A DNA stretch of 64,000 bases, taken from a bacterium (GTDB lineage: Bacteria > Patescibacteriota > UBA1384 > CAILIB01). Shown here one piece after another: positions 29,160 to 38,153 of the stretch (within the stretch, counting starts at the first letter, position 1; each line of letters begins with the position of its first letter). The notes under the pieces were generated by a model. That model worked only from the letters and a program-made list of their open reading frames with translations. It searched no databases and was not told the DNA's origin. The DNA lies in the NCBI GenBank assembly GCA_037131105.1, contig JBAXRQ010000001.1, forward strand, positions 194,039-258,038, given 5' to 3'. A program made the translations under genes and the position numbers.

Positions 29160-31325
29160 ATGCATGCGATTTCTCGTATGCGGACGGCGCTGAGTACTGC
29201 TACCGCCTTGCTCCTAGCCTTGCCTATGGTGAGCCTGGGTCTGCCGGCTGCTGCTCACGCTTCCGCGTCATCTCTCGTTATAAATGAGGTTAACTGGGCC
29301 GGCTCGTCCGTCTCAGCCAATGACCAGTGGGTCGAGCTCTATAACCCGGGCCCAGCTGTCGATTTCAGTCTGCATCCTTATACTATCTCAGTTGATGGCA
29401 CTGACCTGGTGACCCTTACCAGTGGCGCCGTCCTCAGTCATGGTGAATATATAGTAAGTCGCCTCGGCGCTGCCCAGTCTACCCAGCTTCTTGTTATCGG
29501 CAAGGTTGACTCAGCCCTGGTGTTGCCACATGTTGACCTCCAACTTCAGTTGAAGGACGAAAATGGTGACGTAGTGGACACTGCCGGTGACGGTACCGGA
29601 TCTCCTTTGGCCGGTTCTGACGGCATGACCGGTGTTAAAGTTGTTTCCAGCATGTCTCGTGTGGCAGGTACTACTGATGGTACCAAGGCCTCCAGCTGGT
29701 ATACCCCTGCCACGGTAGGTAAGTATATTGACAACGGAGTCATCCAGTATGGCACTCCCGGAACTGACAACCTTGAGGTTGCCGCTCCTGGTCAGCTAGC
29801 TCTTGACCCACATCCCGCCGCTAACCAGCCTACTATTACTGGTACCATCATCCCGGCTGTCGGACAGGCTATGCCTGGCTTGGTCCAGGTGCGGTTCACC
29901 CGTGTCTCTGATGGTACGGTTACCGGTGTGAATGGCTTTGTAAATGCCACTACCGGAAATTTCAGTGTCATCTACCCAGGAGTTATGGGTCCTGCCTTGT
30001 ATCGGATTACCGTTACCAGCCTAGATATCACTCCAAATGCCGGTCGCTCGGCTACCGTCGAGGTACCAATCGCTGGTTCCCCTCAGAATCTGTATCTGGT
30101 GAATCCAGCTTCTGTCACCGTTTCAGTTCCAACTTTGGACGCGTATCCGACCCTTACCAACCAGACCACTGTCACTCTGACTGGTACGGTTGATGCGGGC
30201 ACCGCTCTGGTTATCTCGGTAAATGGTACCGAATATGGTACTACGCCTATCGCTGCCGGACAGACAACCTTTTCCCGCACCGTTACTCTGCTGACCGACC
30301 AGGTCAACCAGATCGAGGTTCGGGCCCAGGATTCCGCTTTTAATGTAAGTGCTCCTGCCATCGCTACTATTACCCAGGACAGTATGGCTCCTAAGGCCGT
30401 TGTAGCTGGGCTAGTGAAGGTCAGCACCAATGCTCCCGGTACCCAGGACAGCGTCCAGGGAATGGCTGGAGCCGCCGAGGCAAATGCCTTTGTGGATGTG
30501 TATGCTGACGCATCGCTTACCACCAAGATCGCTACCGGCAGTGTGGCCGCCAACGGCTCATTCGGTCCTATCCTGGTCGGTGACAATACCAATACGACGC
30601 TGTACCTGGTGGTACGTGACGCCGCTGGTAATGTTAGCCCCGCTACCTTGTTTGAGAATCCGGTAGCCTTCGCTACCCAGACGATTACGATGAGTATCAC
30701 TGTTGGAAGTATCACCGGTACCCAGGCTACCGTCAGCTGGACCCCAATCAGCGGAGCTGCTGCCTACCGGATCAAGTACAAGCCTGAGGGTGGCTCGTTT
30801 AGCAGTCCAATGACCGTATGCGCCGGTGTTGCCACCTGCCAGAGTACGACCATCAACGGACTTTCCCCACTTACTTCGTACGTTGTCGCCGTTGCGGCAG
30901 TGGACGCAGCAGGCAATGAGAGTAATTATACTGAGAAGACCTTTGTCACCGGACCTCCTGCAAATGTGGGCGGAGGCAGCGGACCGCTTCCTGGCCTTAC
31001 CGTCGCTACCAAGAGCAGCGGAACCTCGGTTAAGACCCCGGTTACTGTAGTTACTCCTAGCCCAGCTCCTACGGTCAGTCCTACTGAGCAGGGTGAAGTG
31101 AAGAGTGAGAATACCACTTCCTCGACGAACTGGACGCCATGGATCATCCTGGCCATCCTGATTGCCCTGGCAGTACTTGCCACCGCCGGTTACTTCTACT
31201 GGTTCGGGGGTGAGGATGAGGATGCTGATGAGGCTGGCACAACTGGTTCTGGCAAGAACGAGCCTACTCCAGCTACTGATCAGAAGAATACCGCTAAGAA
31301 GGCGGATAAGGAAAAACGTTGGTAA
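29160..31325 (+). CDS. Cell-surface protein: lamin-tail domain, Ig-like and FN3 repeats, C-terminal TM
   Basis: Signal peptide, VINEVNWAG...WVELYN, FN3 (W...YRIKY...L.P.TSY.V.V), TM plus acidic tail. Confidence 0.85.
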   Translation: MHAISRMRTALSTATALLLALPMVSLGLPAAAHASASSLVINEVNWAGSSVSANDQWVELYNPGPAVDFSLHPYTISVDGTDLVTLTSGAVLSHGEYIVSRLGAAQSTQLLVIGKVDSALVLPHVDLQLQLKDENGDVVDTAGDGTGSPLAGSDGMTGVKVVSSMSRVAGTTDGTKASSWYTPATVGKYIDNGVIQYGTPGTDNLEVAAPGQLALDPHPAANQPTITGTIIPAVGQAMPGLVQVRFTRVSDGTVTGVNGFVNATTGNFSVIYPGVMGPALYRITVTSLDITPNAGRSATVEVPIAGSPQNLYLVNPASVTVSVPTLDAYPTLTNQTTVTLTGTVDAGTALVISVNGTEYGTTPIAAGQTTFSRTVTLLTDQVNQIEVRAQDSAFNVSAPAIATITQDSMAPKAVVAGLVKVSTNAPGTQDSVQGMAGAAEANAFVDVYADASLTTKIATGSVAANGSFGPILVGDNTNTTLYLVVRDAAGNVSPATLFENPVAFATQTITMSITVGSITGTQATVSWTPISGAAAYRIKYKPEGGSFSSPMTVCAGVATCQSTTINGLSPLTSYVVAVAAVDAAGNESNYTEKTFVTGPPANVGGGSGPLPGLTVATKSSGTSVKTPVTVVTPSPAPTVSPTEQGEVKSENTTSSTNWTPWIILAILIALAVLATAGYFYWFGGEDEDADEAGTTGSGKNEPTPATDQKNTAKKADKEKRW

Positions 31326-31348
31326 GAAAGAGTTTCTAGGGAAATGAG

Positions 31349-31380
31349 AGAAGACCCCCGAAAGGGGGTCTTTCTTTTTG
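31349..31380 (+). terminator. Intrinsic terminator
   Basis: AAGACCCCC-GAAA-GGGGGTCTT followed by T-run. Confidence 0.8.
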
Positions 31381-31384
31381 TTTC

Positions 31385-31738
31385 ATACGCGGAAGCTGGG
31401 GGAGTCGAACATCGTCCGCTTCCCGCTTCGGGTTGGAAACCCGCTTCGCCGCTTTCTCGTCTGCAGCGCTCCGCTTGCTTACGCGAGAAGCGCGAACGCT
31501 GGCGGACTCTCAGGAAACCCTCGGTTTCCTTGACGTTTGCTGCGCAAGCTACCTTCCGCCGCGGAGAAACTCCTGTTTCGGAAGACCTTCGCTGGTGCGG
31601 GACACGCACGGTGGAGCCACTCAGGTCCTAGCCGGTCCTTCCGGACCGCCGTCGCCTTCCGACGTTCAAATCCGCCCAGCGGCTCCAAAGAAAAGAACCC
31701 ACTAAAGTGGGTTCTTTTCTTTGGAGCCGCTGGGCGGA
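31385..31738. repeat. REP-like GC-rich element ending in a mirror copy of the tRNA-Thr 3' end
   Basis: CTTCGC/GCGAAG-rich hairpins; perfect 33-bp IR 31671-31703 / 31706-31738. Confidence 0.65.
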
Positions 31739-31797
31739 GTCGGACCGCCGACCTCTACTTTACGAAAGTATTGCTCTACCAGCTGAGCTACAGCGGC
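31722..31797 (-). tRNA. tRNA-Thr(CGT)
   Basis: GCCGCTG...CAGCGGC-T-CCA, anticodon loop TTCGTAA; T-loop TCCGACT. Confidence 0.9.
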
Positions 31798-31845
31798 TGG
31801 TTAACACCTTTGTACTGTAGCAGATGGCAGCGGCCCTCGCTACCT

Positions 31846-32121
31846 TTAGCCCTTATTACCGAAGACGTTAAACGCCTTGAGAATGGCGATAAGCACTACA
31901 GCCCCGGCAATGCCCCAGAACAGGCCTACAAGGCTGAATGAGCCGGCGTCGGCGGCGCCTCCGATGCCAAGCCAGGTACCGAAGATATAGCTTCCCAGGA
32001 ACGAGCCCACGATACCTATGATGATATTTGCTAATGCCCCCTGGCTCTGGTCAGTGTTCATGATCATACTGGCGACCCAGCCGATCAGCCCACCTACGAT
32101 GATTGCAATGATTATTCCCAT
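31846..32121 (-). CDS. GlsB/YeaQ/YmgE (transglycosylase-associated) membrane protein
   Basis: [12 protein letters not shown]...[12 protein letters not shown]...GAVVLIAI. Confidence 0.88.
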   Translation of the reverse strand: MGIIIAIIVGGLIGWVASMIMNTDQSQGALANIIIGIVGSFLGSYIFGTWLGIGGAADAGSFSLVGLFWGIAGAVVLIAILKAFNVFGNKG

Positions 32122-32190
32122 ACAACGGACAATTACAGATAAGTTACTTCTTATCCTACCACCCAAGCCTTAGCTCATCCGTGGGTTGGC

Positions 32191-33999
32191 TTACAGCTTA
32201 CCTAGCTTTTTGGCCAGCACCTCGGTCTCATCGAGAAGATGCTCGATCTCGCCAAGTCCCTTTGTCCAGAATGCCTCGTCGGTGATATTTATACCCAGTT
32301 TTTGGAAGATGGCCTGGGGACTGTCAGATAGGCCTGTGGAGAGGAAGGTCTCCACCTTCTTAATGAAGCTGGGGTCGGCCTTGACCTGTGACTGCAAGGA
32401 CTTTGAGATAAGTAGCCCGCTGGCGTACGAATAGACGTAGAAGTAATTGCGGATGTGCGACCAGTAGACCCACCAGTTCTGCGCCCCTTCTGATTGCTCG
32501 ACGCCGTCTCCCATATAGGCTGCCATATTCTTCTGGAAGATCTCACCTATCTCCTCCTTAGTGAGGTGGCTCTTGGCCCGGAAGGCCTCATGGAGTGCTT
32601 GTTCGAACCTGTAGCAGGCCACCTGTCTAAAGATGCTACTCACATCGTCGTTCAGCTTCATCATCAGTATGGCTAGGCGAAGCTCGTCATCGGCTTCCTT
32701 GAGAATCTCTTCGAGGACAAAGTCCTCCATGAAAGTGCTGGCCACTTCTGCTGTCGCCATCGGGGTGCCGAAATGGAGGGCGTTTTGCTTCTCCTTGATC
32801 AGCTCGTTATTGATGCCGTGACCCATTTCGTGGGCAAGGGTCAGCACGTCGTTCAGGATGTCGGTGTGGTTCAGGAGGATGTAGGTAGGCTGACCTGGGA
32901 GATCATGGGCGCAGAAGGCGCCGCTCTGCTTGTTCGGGCGCGGGTAGACGTCGATCTGGCCGTTTTCCAGATATTCGGAAAGTATCTCAGCGAAGCGGGG
33001 GTTCAGCTTCTGGAAGGTGCGGTGAACCAGCTCTACGGCATCCTCGTAGGGATACTTCTTAGTAATACTGCCGTACTGGACGTTTCTCTCGTGGTAGGCC
33101 AGCTTGTCCATGCCCATAAGTTTGGCCTTGAGGGCGTAATAGCGTTTTGAGAGGTCAAAGCGGCTTTCAACAGTCTTTAATAGCGTGTCCACAGCCTCAC
33201 TGTCTATGTCGTCGCTCAGATGCCGGGCTAGATCGGGACGGGGAAGACCGCGCAGCTCGTCGTTGGTCTTCTTGTCAGCCAGAATTGAGTTCAGCTCTGC
33301 CTCGGCCAACTCGACGTTGTCTACCAGAATGGAGTTCAGTGCCTTGGCTGATTCGTCACGAACCGGCTTCTGCTGGCTCTGCAGCAGAGACATGATCTCG
33401 GAAAGTCCCTTCTTGGCTTGCTTCCCGTCCTCCAGCAGAATGTTACGCTCTGCCTTGGCCAGCGCCCCCGAGGTGAGCTGCACCCAGTTGTGGTGGGAAG
33501 TCAGCGACTTGAGGTTAAGGATTCTCTCCTCGGGCTCAGTCAGTAGGTAGGGTGCCTCAGCTTGTAGACGTTCCAGGAAATGCCGGTAGGCTTCAATGTC
33601 CGGCTCGGCCTTGATCATTTCTTCCAGTTTTTCTGGGGTGACCTTGGCGAGTTTCAGGGCATAGAACTGGACCTGGTTATAGATCTTGGTGGCCCGGTCA
33701 TGGGAGGAACGGTAGCCTGCCTTTATGGTAGCGTCGTTCTCATCCTGGGAGCTGCGCAGCTGGAAGTAGTAGCCAATGCTTCCGCTGGTGCCCTGGGTAC
33801 GCTCCAGCAGCTCGTAGTCGTCCAGGGACTCCTTCAGGGCTGAGGGGTCAGTCAGGTAGTCCTCGCGAGCCTGCCACTTGGTGACAAAGGCGGCATTGGC
33901 CTTCTCCACCTCTTGCCAGAGCTTTTCGATGTTTGGGTCCGTGTCGGAAGTTAGTAAGGGGGAGAGATTCCAGACGGTGTGCGAGAGGTCGAGGGGCAT
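32191..33999 (-). CDS. pepF: Oligoendopeptidase F (M3B)
   Basis: KQSGAFC, TLAHEMGH, AEVASTF.E, FYVYSYA. Confidence 0.93.
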   Translation of the reverse strand: MPLDLSHTVWNLSPLLTSDTDPNIEKLWQEVEKANAAFVTKWQAREDYLTDPSALKESLDDYELLERTQGTSGSIGYYFQLRSSQDENDATIKAGYRSSHDRATKIYNQVQFYALKLAKVTPEKLEEMIKAEPDIEAYRHFLERLQAEAPYLLTEPEERILNLKSLTSHHNWVQLTSGALAKAERNILLEDGKQAKKGLSEIMSLLQSQQKPVRDESAKALNSILVDNVELAEAELNSILADKKTNDELRGLPRPDLARHLSDDIDSEAVDTLLKTVESRFDLSKRYYALKAKLMGMDKLAYHERNVQYGSITKKYPYEDAVELVHRTFQKLNPRFAEILSEYLENGQIDVYPRPNKQSGAFCAHDLPGQPTYILLNHTDILNDVLTLAHEMGHGINNELIKEKQNALHFGTPMATAEVASTFMEDFVLEEILKEADDELRLAILMMKLNDDVSSIFRQVACYRFEQALHEAFRAKSHLTKEEIGEIFQKNMAAYMGDGVEQSEGAQNWWVYWSHIRNYFYVYSYASGLLISKSLQSQVKADPSFIKKVETFLSTGLSDSPQAIFQKLGINITDEAFWTKGLGEIEHLLDETEVLAKKLGKL

Positions 34000-34060
34000 A
34001 TAAAAAATTAGGGGAGTCACCCCTACGGTACTTGGTTTCCGATAAGGGGACAACCTGGTA

Positions 34061-34324
34061 TTAGACAGCTAGAAGGGCGGCTTTTTCCTCTTCGATAATG
34101 GCTCCCCACATAGCCTCGTTCTGGGTGGCCAGGGCGCGGACCTTGCGCAGGCTTAAGGTAAGGACGGTGTGGCCGGCCTTGGGATCTTCAGCAAGCAGAC
34201 GGGCCAGCTCGATGAGCTGTTCGTCGGTGGAGACGGATAGGAGTTCCTTGGCCCGCCAGATGTCGTTCTGGGGGATCATGGCATTTTCTACCAGGGACTC
34301 GATCAGGGCGCGACGCTCATCCAT
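34061..34324 (-). CDS. Hypothetical protein
   Basis: 87-aa helical ORF overlapping upstream stop. Confidence 0.6.
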   Translation of the reverse strand: MDERRALIESLVENAMIPQNDIWRAKELLSVSTDEQLIELARLLAEDPKAGHTVLTLSLRKVRALATQNEAMWGAIIEEEKAALLAV

Positions 34325-34613
34325 GGGGGTCTTCTAAATCCTCATTGAAACCCATCGCGACTTTTCCTGCCAAAACACCTCCAATATCGAAGGCCTGGCG
34401 CATATTCTGCCGGTCGACGCCTCCTTCAGGTACTTCTGCAAGTGTCCGCTCGGCCTTTTTAAAGAAACGAACTACGGCACCTGGATGGGTTGATGCCGGT
34501 GTCTCCACCTGAGACGATATGACCGGTTCTGATTCTGGACCGTCTATGGCAAGACGGCGTCCAGCAGTGGGCTGGTATGGTAGTTCGGAGAATTGTGGGC
34601 CGAATAGTGGCAT
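34317..34613 (-). CDS. Hypothetical protein
   Basis: Start chosen at MPLFGP, downstream of a -10-like box. Confidence 0.5.
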   Translation of the reverse strand: MPLFGPQFSELPYQPTAGRRLAIDGPESEPVISSQVETPASTHPGAVVRFFKKAERTLAEVPEGGVDRQNMRQAFDIGGVLAGKVAMGFNEDLEDPHG

Positions 34614-34752
34614 GGAGAATATTACTACTGTTCCATTGTACGAAAAGAGGGGGTCAATTTGCAATGTATAATCTGGAAATTGGTAAGAGAAAGACAAAGA
34701 AAAAGGGCCGGGGAGATCCCCGACCCGTTGACGTGCCGCAGCTAGTACGGGC

Positions 34753-35181
34753 TTAGACGATTTCCCATTCATACTTCTGAGCCAGCGCGCACAGGGCGGC
34801 GTAGGCTACCGTACGCTCCTCTGAGAACCGTTCGCGACTCTCGCCGTCCGGAAGCTTTTCAACGACTCTCTGCGGGTTGACTGAAGCGGAAACCAGTCTT
34901 CCGTTGACTACTAGCCTCAAGGTGCGCGTGGAGCGGTCGAAGCCTTCCTTCCGGATGAGCTGGGAGCCCAGTCCTAGCATCATGCAGAGGAGTCCGATCT
35001 CACCGCAGTATGCCGGTGAGGCGGGGCAGGAACTGGCGACCACAGTGCCATTGACGGCGATTTGCAGTTCGAATACCGGCGCAGTCTCGGGCTTCGTGTC
35101 CCACGAAGGCGATTTTCTGGCTACGTTCAGACTGATCCTGCTGCCCGGGCTGGGCGGCTTGGAAAGATAGGTGCAGCTCAT
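34753..35181 (-). CDS. Hypothetical protein downstream of attenuator
   Basis: GAGGAG RBS before MSCTYL. Confidence 0.55.
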   Translation of the reverse strand: MSCTYLSKPPSPGSRISLNVARKSPSWDTKPETAPVFELQIAVNGTVVASSCPASPAYCGEIGLLCMMLGLGSQLIRKEGFDRSTRTLRLVVNGRLVSASVNPQRVVEKLPDGESRERFSEERTVAYAALCALAQKYEWEIV

Positions 35182-35260
35182 GGCAAACTCCTCGTTGTGC
35201 AAGGTTCCTTTTCGGTACCTTAGAAAGCTCAGGTGGGATTTGAGCCTTCCCTTGGGACTG

Positions 35261-35397
35261 AAAATAAAAAATCCGCTCTCAGGGAGCGGATGACAGGCAG
35301 ACAACTAAATGCTACTCAATCAAAAGCCGCTCCCAGAGGGGGAGTGATAGTTGAAAAAGCGCTTGGAAGACTGCTGTGATTGCATGGATGTACTATA
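35261..35397 (-). promoter_or_regulatory. Leader-peptide transcription attenuator
   Basis: TATAGT, 21-aa leader ORF 35385-35320, antiterminator GGGAGCGG complementary to terminator arm CCGCTCCC, terminator 35291-35261 with U-tract. Confidence 0.7.
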
Positions 35398-35404
35398 GCG
35401 GAAA

Positions 35405-36097
35405 CTATTCTTTCTTGGCAACTATCACTGCATAGTTCATGTACTCCCACGATGCCTGTACTTTGGTAAATCCTGCTTGCTGAAGCCAGGAGATTTGTCT
35501 GGTCACCGAACTGGGAAGGTCTTCTTCCAGATGATTTTCAAACCAGTACTTGCCTTGTTCTTCCCCCAGGTTTTTCATCAAGTGCTGCTTCCACTCCTCA
35601 AGCCTGAGGGCGGCAATTCCAGGATTATCGAAGGTGACAATGTCACCGATGACCAAAATCCCTCCGGGCATAAGGCAGTCGGACAAGATTTTGAAAAGGA
35701 CTTGCTTCTGGGGTTCGTTAAGATGATGTACTGAGAGAACGGCCACGCAGACATCATAATGATCACTGACAGTAAGGCTAGCGATATCCTGTTCTTCAAG
35801 TGTTACCCTGCTCCTTACTTTTTCAAGTCGGCTTTCTGCCTGCGAGAGCATATGGCTGGAGATGTCGACACCATGGAGGGTGGCCTGGGGAAACTTGGTA
35901 AGAAGTGCCAGGCCGGTCTGGCCGGTTCCCACCCCAAGGTCGAGGATAGTTAAGGGGATATTGGTTGGATAATCTATTTGTCTCACTACCTCCTCATGTA
36001 GCTCTTCATAGCGGGGGATGAGCCGACGAATAAGCTGGTCGTAGTCAGCATATTTAATGTCGAAGTGCTCTTTGACTAGGGTGGTATGAGAATCCAT
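35405..36097 (-). CDS. Class I SAM-dependent methyltransferase (CmoA-like)
   Basis: LDLGVGTG, GVDIS..ML, SVHHL, L.PGGILVIGD. Confidence 0.9.
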   Translation of the reverse strand: MDSHTTLVKEHFDIKYADYDQLIRRLIPRYEELHEEVVRQIDYPTNIPLTILDLGVGTGQTGLALLTKFPQATLHGVDISSHMLSQAESRLEKVRSRVTLEEQDIASLTVSDHYDVCVAVLSVHHLNEPQKQVLFKILSDCLMPGGILVIGDIVTFDNPGIAALRLEEWKQHLMKNLGEEQGKYWFENHLEEDLPSSVTRQISWLQQAGFTKVQASWEYMNYAVIVAKKE

Positions 36098-36233
36098 GGA
36101 GATACTTCTATTGCTTATTTATACGCTAACACAATGAAAGGTAACGGGGAATTTTCGCTTCGCTCAACGCTTTCTGCCCGAGCGAAGAAGCACGATCGAA
36201 CCCCCTTCGGGGTCCATTCCATGTATCTACATT

Positions 36234-36336
36234 AAAAGCATGCAGGGGCCAAGAAAACTTTTGAGACGTATCCCGGAGGGATACTGTAGATAGACTCCAT
36301 TGAGTCGATCAGTTTTCTTGGCCGCTGCATGCTTTT
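36234..36336. repeat. Conserved core flanked by 26-bp locus-specific inverted repeat (copy 2)
   Basis: Arms 36234-36259 / 36311-36336 (1 mismatch); same core as at 25666-25719; abuts tRNA-Gly CCA. Confidence 0.85.
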
Positions 36337-36409
36337 GGTGCGGGTAAGGGGAATCGGACCCCTTTCTCATCCTTGGGAAGGACGCGTTCTACCAGTGAAC
36401 TATACCCGC
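36336..36409 (-). tRNA. tRNA-Gly(CCC)
   Basis: GCGGGTA...TACCCGC-A-CCA, anticodon loop TTCCCAA; T-loop TCCGATT. Confidence 0.92.
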
Positions 36410-36462
36410 CGGGCACCGGTTCGACAGCACTTACTCTACCAAAAACCCATCAGACTAGAAAG

Positions 36463-38151
36463 CTACTTGAAATCTCCCGGCTGTACCCGGTAGAAGAATG
36501 TGTTGTTCTGGATGGTTGCCACGGGAGTTTTGTCCCGCAGGCCTTGGTACAGGGTGCCGGAGAGGTCGGTAGCGGTGACGGCGACCAGGCTTCCTACAGG
36601 GGCACCTTCCTCGCTGACTTTCTGCACAGGTACCTGGTAGTACCCGAGTGTGTACGGGTTCCACCGATAAGTGATATGGAGCGTCTCGCCAGGGAACTGC
36701 TCGTGCATGACGTCGGCGATGTCCTTGGCCTGCTGGCCCCAGTCGATGTTGCTGTCACTGAAGTAGTAGTAGCTGTCAGAAGAAGGATGGATGAGAGTAT
36801 TGCCGTAGCCTAGGTAGTTGGGAAACGTGAGAAGGGCGGGGGCGATGTAAAGTGCGAGTGCTCCAGGAGCTACCCACGCCTTTTTAAAGCGTGTTACCAG
36901 CCAGTCCAACGACAGGGCCATGACCAGTGAGGCTAGCCCCATTAGCGGTAGTACGTGGCGGACGCCGATGTTGATCTTATTCTCCAGTGAGAAAAACAGG
37001 TAGATGCCGGCGGCTATGAGCAGCAGGATAGTGAGTGGCTTCTTGTGCCAGCCCTTTGCGTTGCGAATTCCTATCACTAGCCCAAGCACCAGGAGGGCAA
37101 GACCGGCCAGCTGGGTCTTAAGGGCGTAGATGACCGGGAAGTAGGCCCAGACGTGTGTACCGGTAGGGTACAGATGGCCGAGCAGGTAGGTGGGGCGCCC
37201 GGCTACGGAGCCGCCGACGATAAGCAGTACCCCCTTTATGTAATCCACCGGTAGGAAATAGCGGATATACAGGAATCGGTGGAAGATGACCGGGTTGACC
37301 GGGATGAAGGGTGGCAGGTCTCTGCCGCCTTTCAGTTGGAAGATGGTGCCGTTGATGAGGTTAAGAGGGCCCAGGTAAGCCAGCCAGATAAGTATCCAGG
37401 TCACCAGGAGCACTAGGAGGAAGTCGGTACCTACCCGCTTCCAGTCCTTTCGGGTGATGGCCAGATAGACCATCCATACCAGTAGGATGGGGGCAAGGGT
37501 AAGCAATGAGAACTTGGTGAGCTCAGCCGCTGCAAATACCAGCCCTAGAAGTGCTGCCCGGTGCAGGCCAGGTCGCTCACCGTAGTACCAGAGGGCCCAG
37601 ACGGTGCCCAGAAAGGCCAGGGCAGCGGCCACGTCGTTGCCGGTCAGGTGGCCGTGGGCGATGACGGTGGGATTGAAGACCGTAAACACCAGGGCAAAGA
37701 GCCCTACCCGCGGCGAGAACCAGAGTCGTCCTAGGTAGTACGCCAGCCAGCAGAAGGCAAGGGTAATCAGTACCGAGGGGATGCGGGAGAGGAAGACCAT
37801 CAGGTCGGCGTTATTGCCGCTCTGGTAGTACCATTCATCAGCCCATTCCCGGGCCATGGGCCACGAGTCGTCGACGGTGCGATAGGCGCCGTCCCAGAGC
37901 TCCTGGTCACGAGGAGGCATGTTCAGATGAACGGCAAGGAGGGGCAGGGCGGTAAGCACCTTGTAGAGATAGGGATGCTCAGGGTCGAACCTAAACTCAT
38001 GACGGGTTAGTACCAGATACGCCGAGGCTACATGGATGCCCTCGTCGGTGGTCATGCTGTCCCGGTAAGACAGGTAGAGTCCTAGTGAGAGGGAGAACAG
38101 GAAGAGTAGGGCGACCACTACCTTGTGGGCGCGTGAAACAGTAGTCTTCAT
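36463..38151 (-). CDS. GT-C membrane glycosyltransferase (ArnT/PMT, GT39-like)
   Basis: TTDEGIH, PEHP.LYK, many TM, GVRHVLP, DSNIDWGQ. Confidence 0.88.
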   Translation of the reverse strand: MKTTVSRAHKVVVALLFLFSLSLGLYLSYRDSMTTDEGIHVASAYLVLTRHEFRFDPEHPYLYKVLTALPLLAVHLNMPPRDQELWDGAYRTVDDSWPMAREWADEWYYQSGNNADLMVFLSRIPSVLITLAFCWLAYYLGRLWFSPRVGLFALVFTVFNPTVIAHGHLTGNDVAAALAFLGTVWALWYYGERPGLHRAALLGLVFAAAELTKFSLLTLAPILLVWMVYLAITRKDWKRVGTDFLLVLLVTWILIWLAYLGPLNLINGTIFQLKGGRDLPPFIPVNPVIFHRFLYIRYFLPVDYIKGVLLIVGGSVAGRPTYLLGHLYPTGTHVWAYFPVIYALKTQLAGLALLVLGLVIGIRNAKGWHKKPLTILLLIAAGIYLFFSLENKINIGVRHVLPLMGLASLVMALSLDWLVTRFKKAWVAPGALALYIAPALLTFPNYLGYGNTLIHPSSDSYYYFSDSNIDWGQQAKDIADVMHEQFPGETLHITYRWNPYTLGYYQVPVQKVSEEGAPVGSLVAVTATDLSGTLYQGLRDKTPVATIQNNTFFYRVQPGDFK

Positions 38152-38153
38152 GG

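Noticed and set aside
31280-31941. Several overlapping ORFs
   Set aside because: They lie over a GC-rich REP-like element and tRNA-Thr; spurious. The same applies to ORFs at 58535-59274 and 14149-14463
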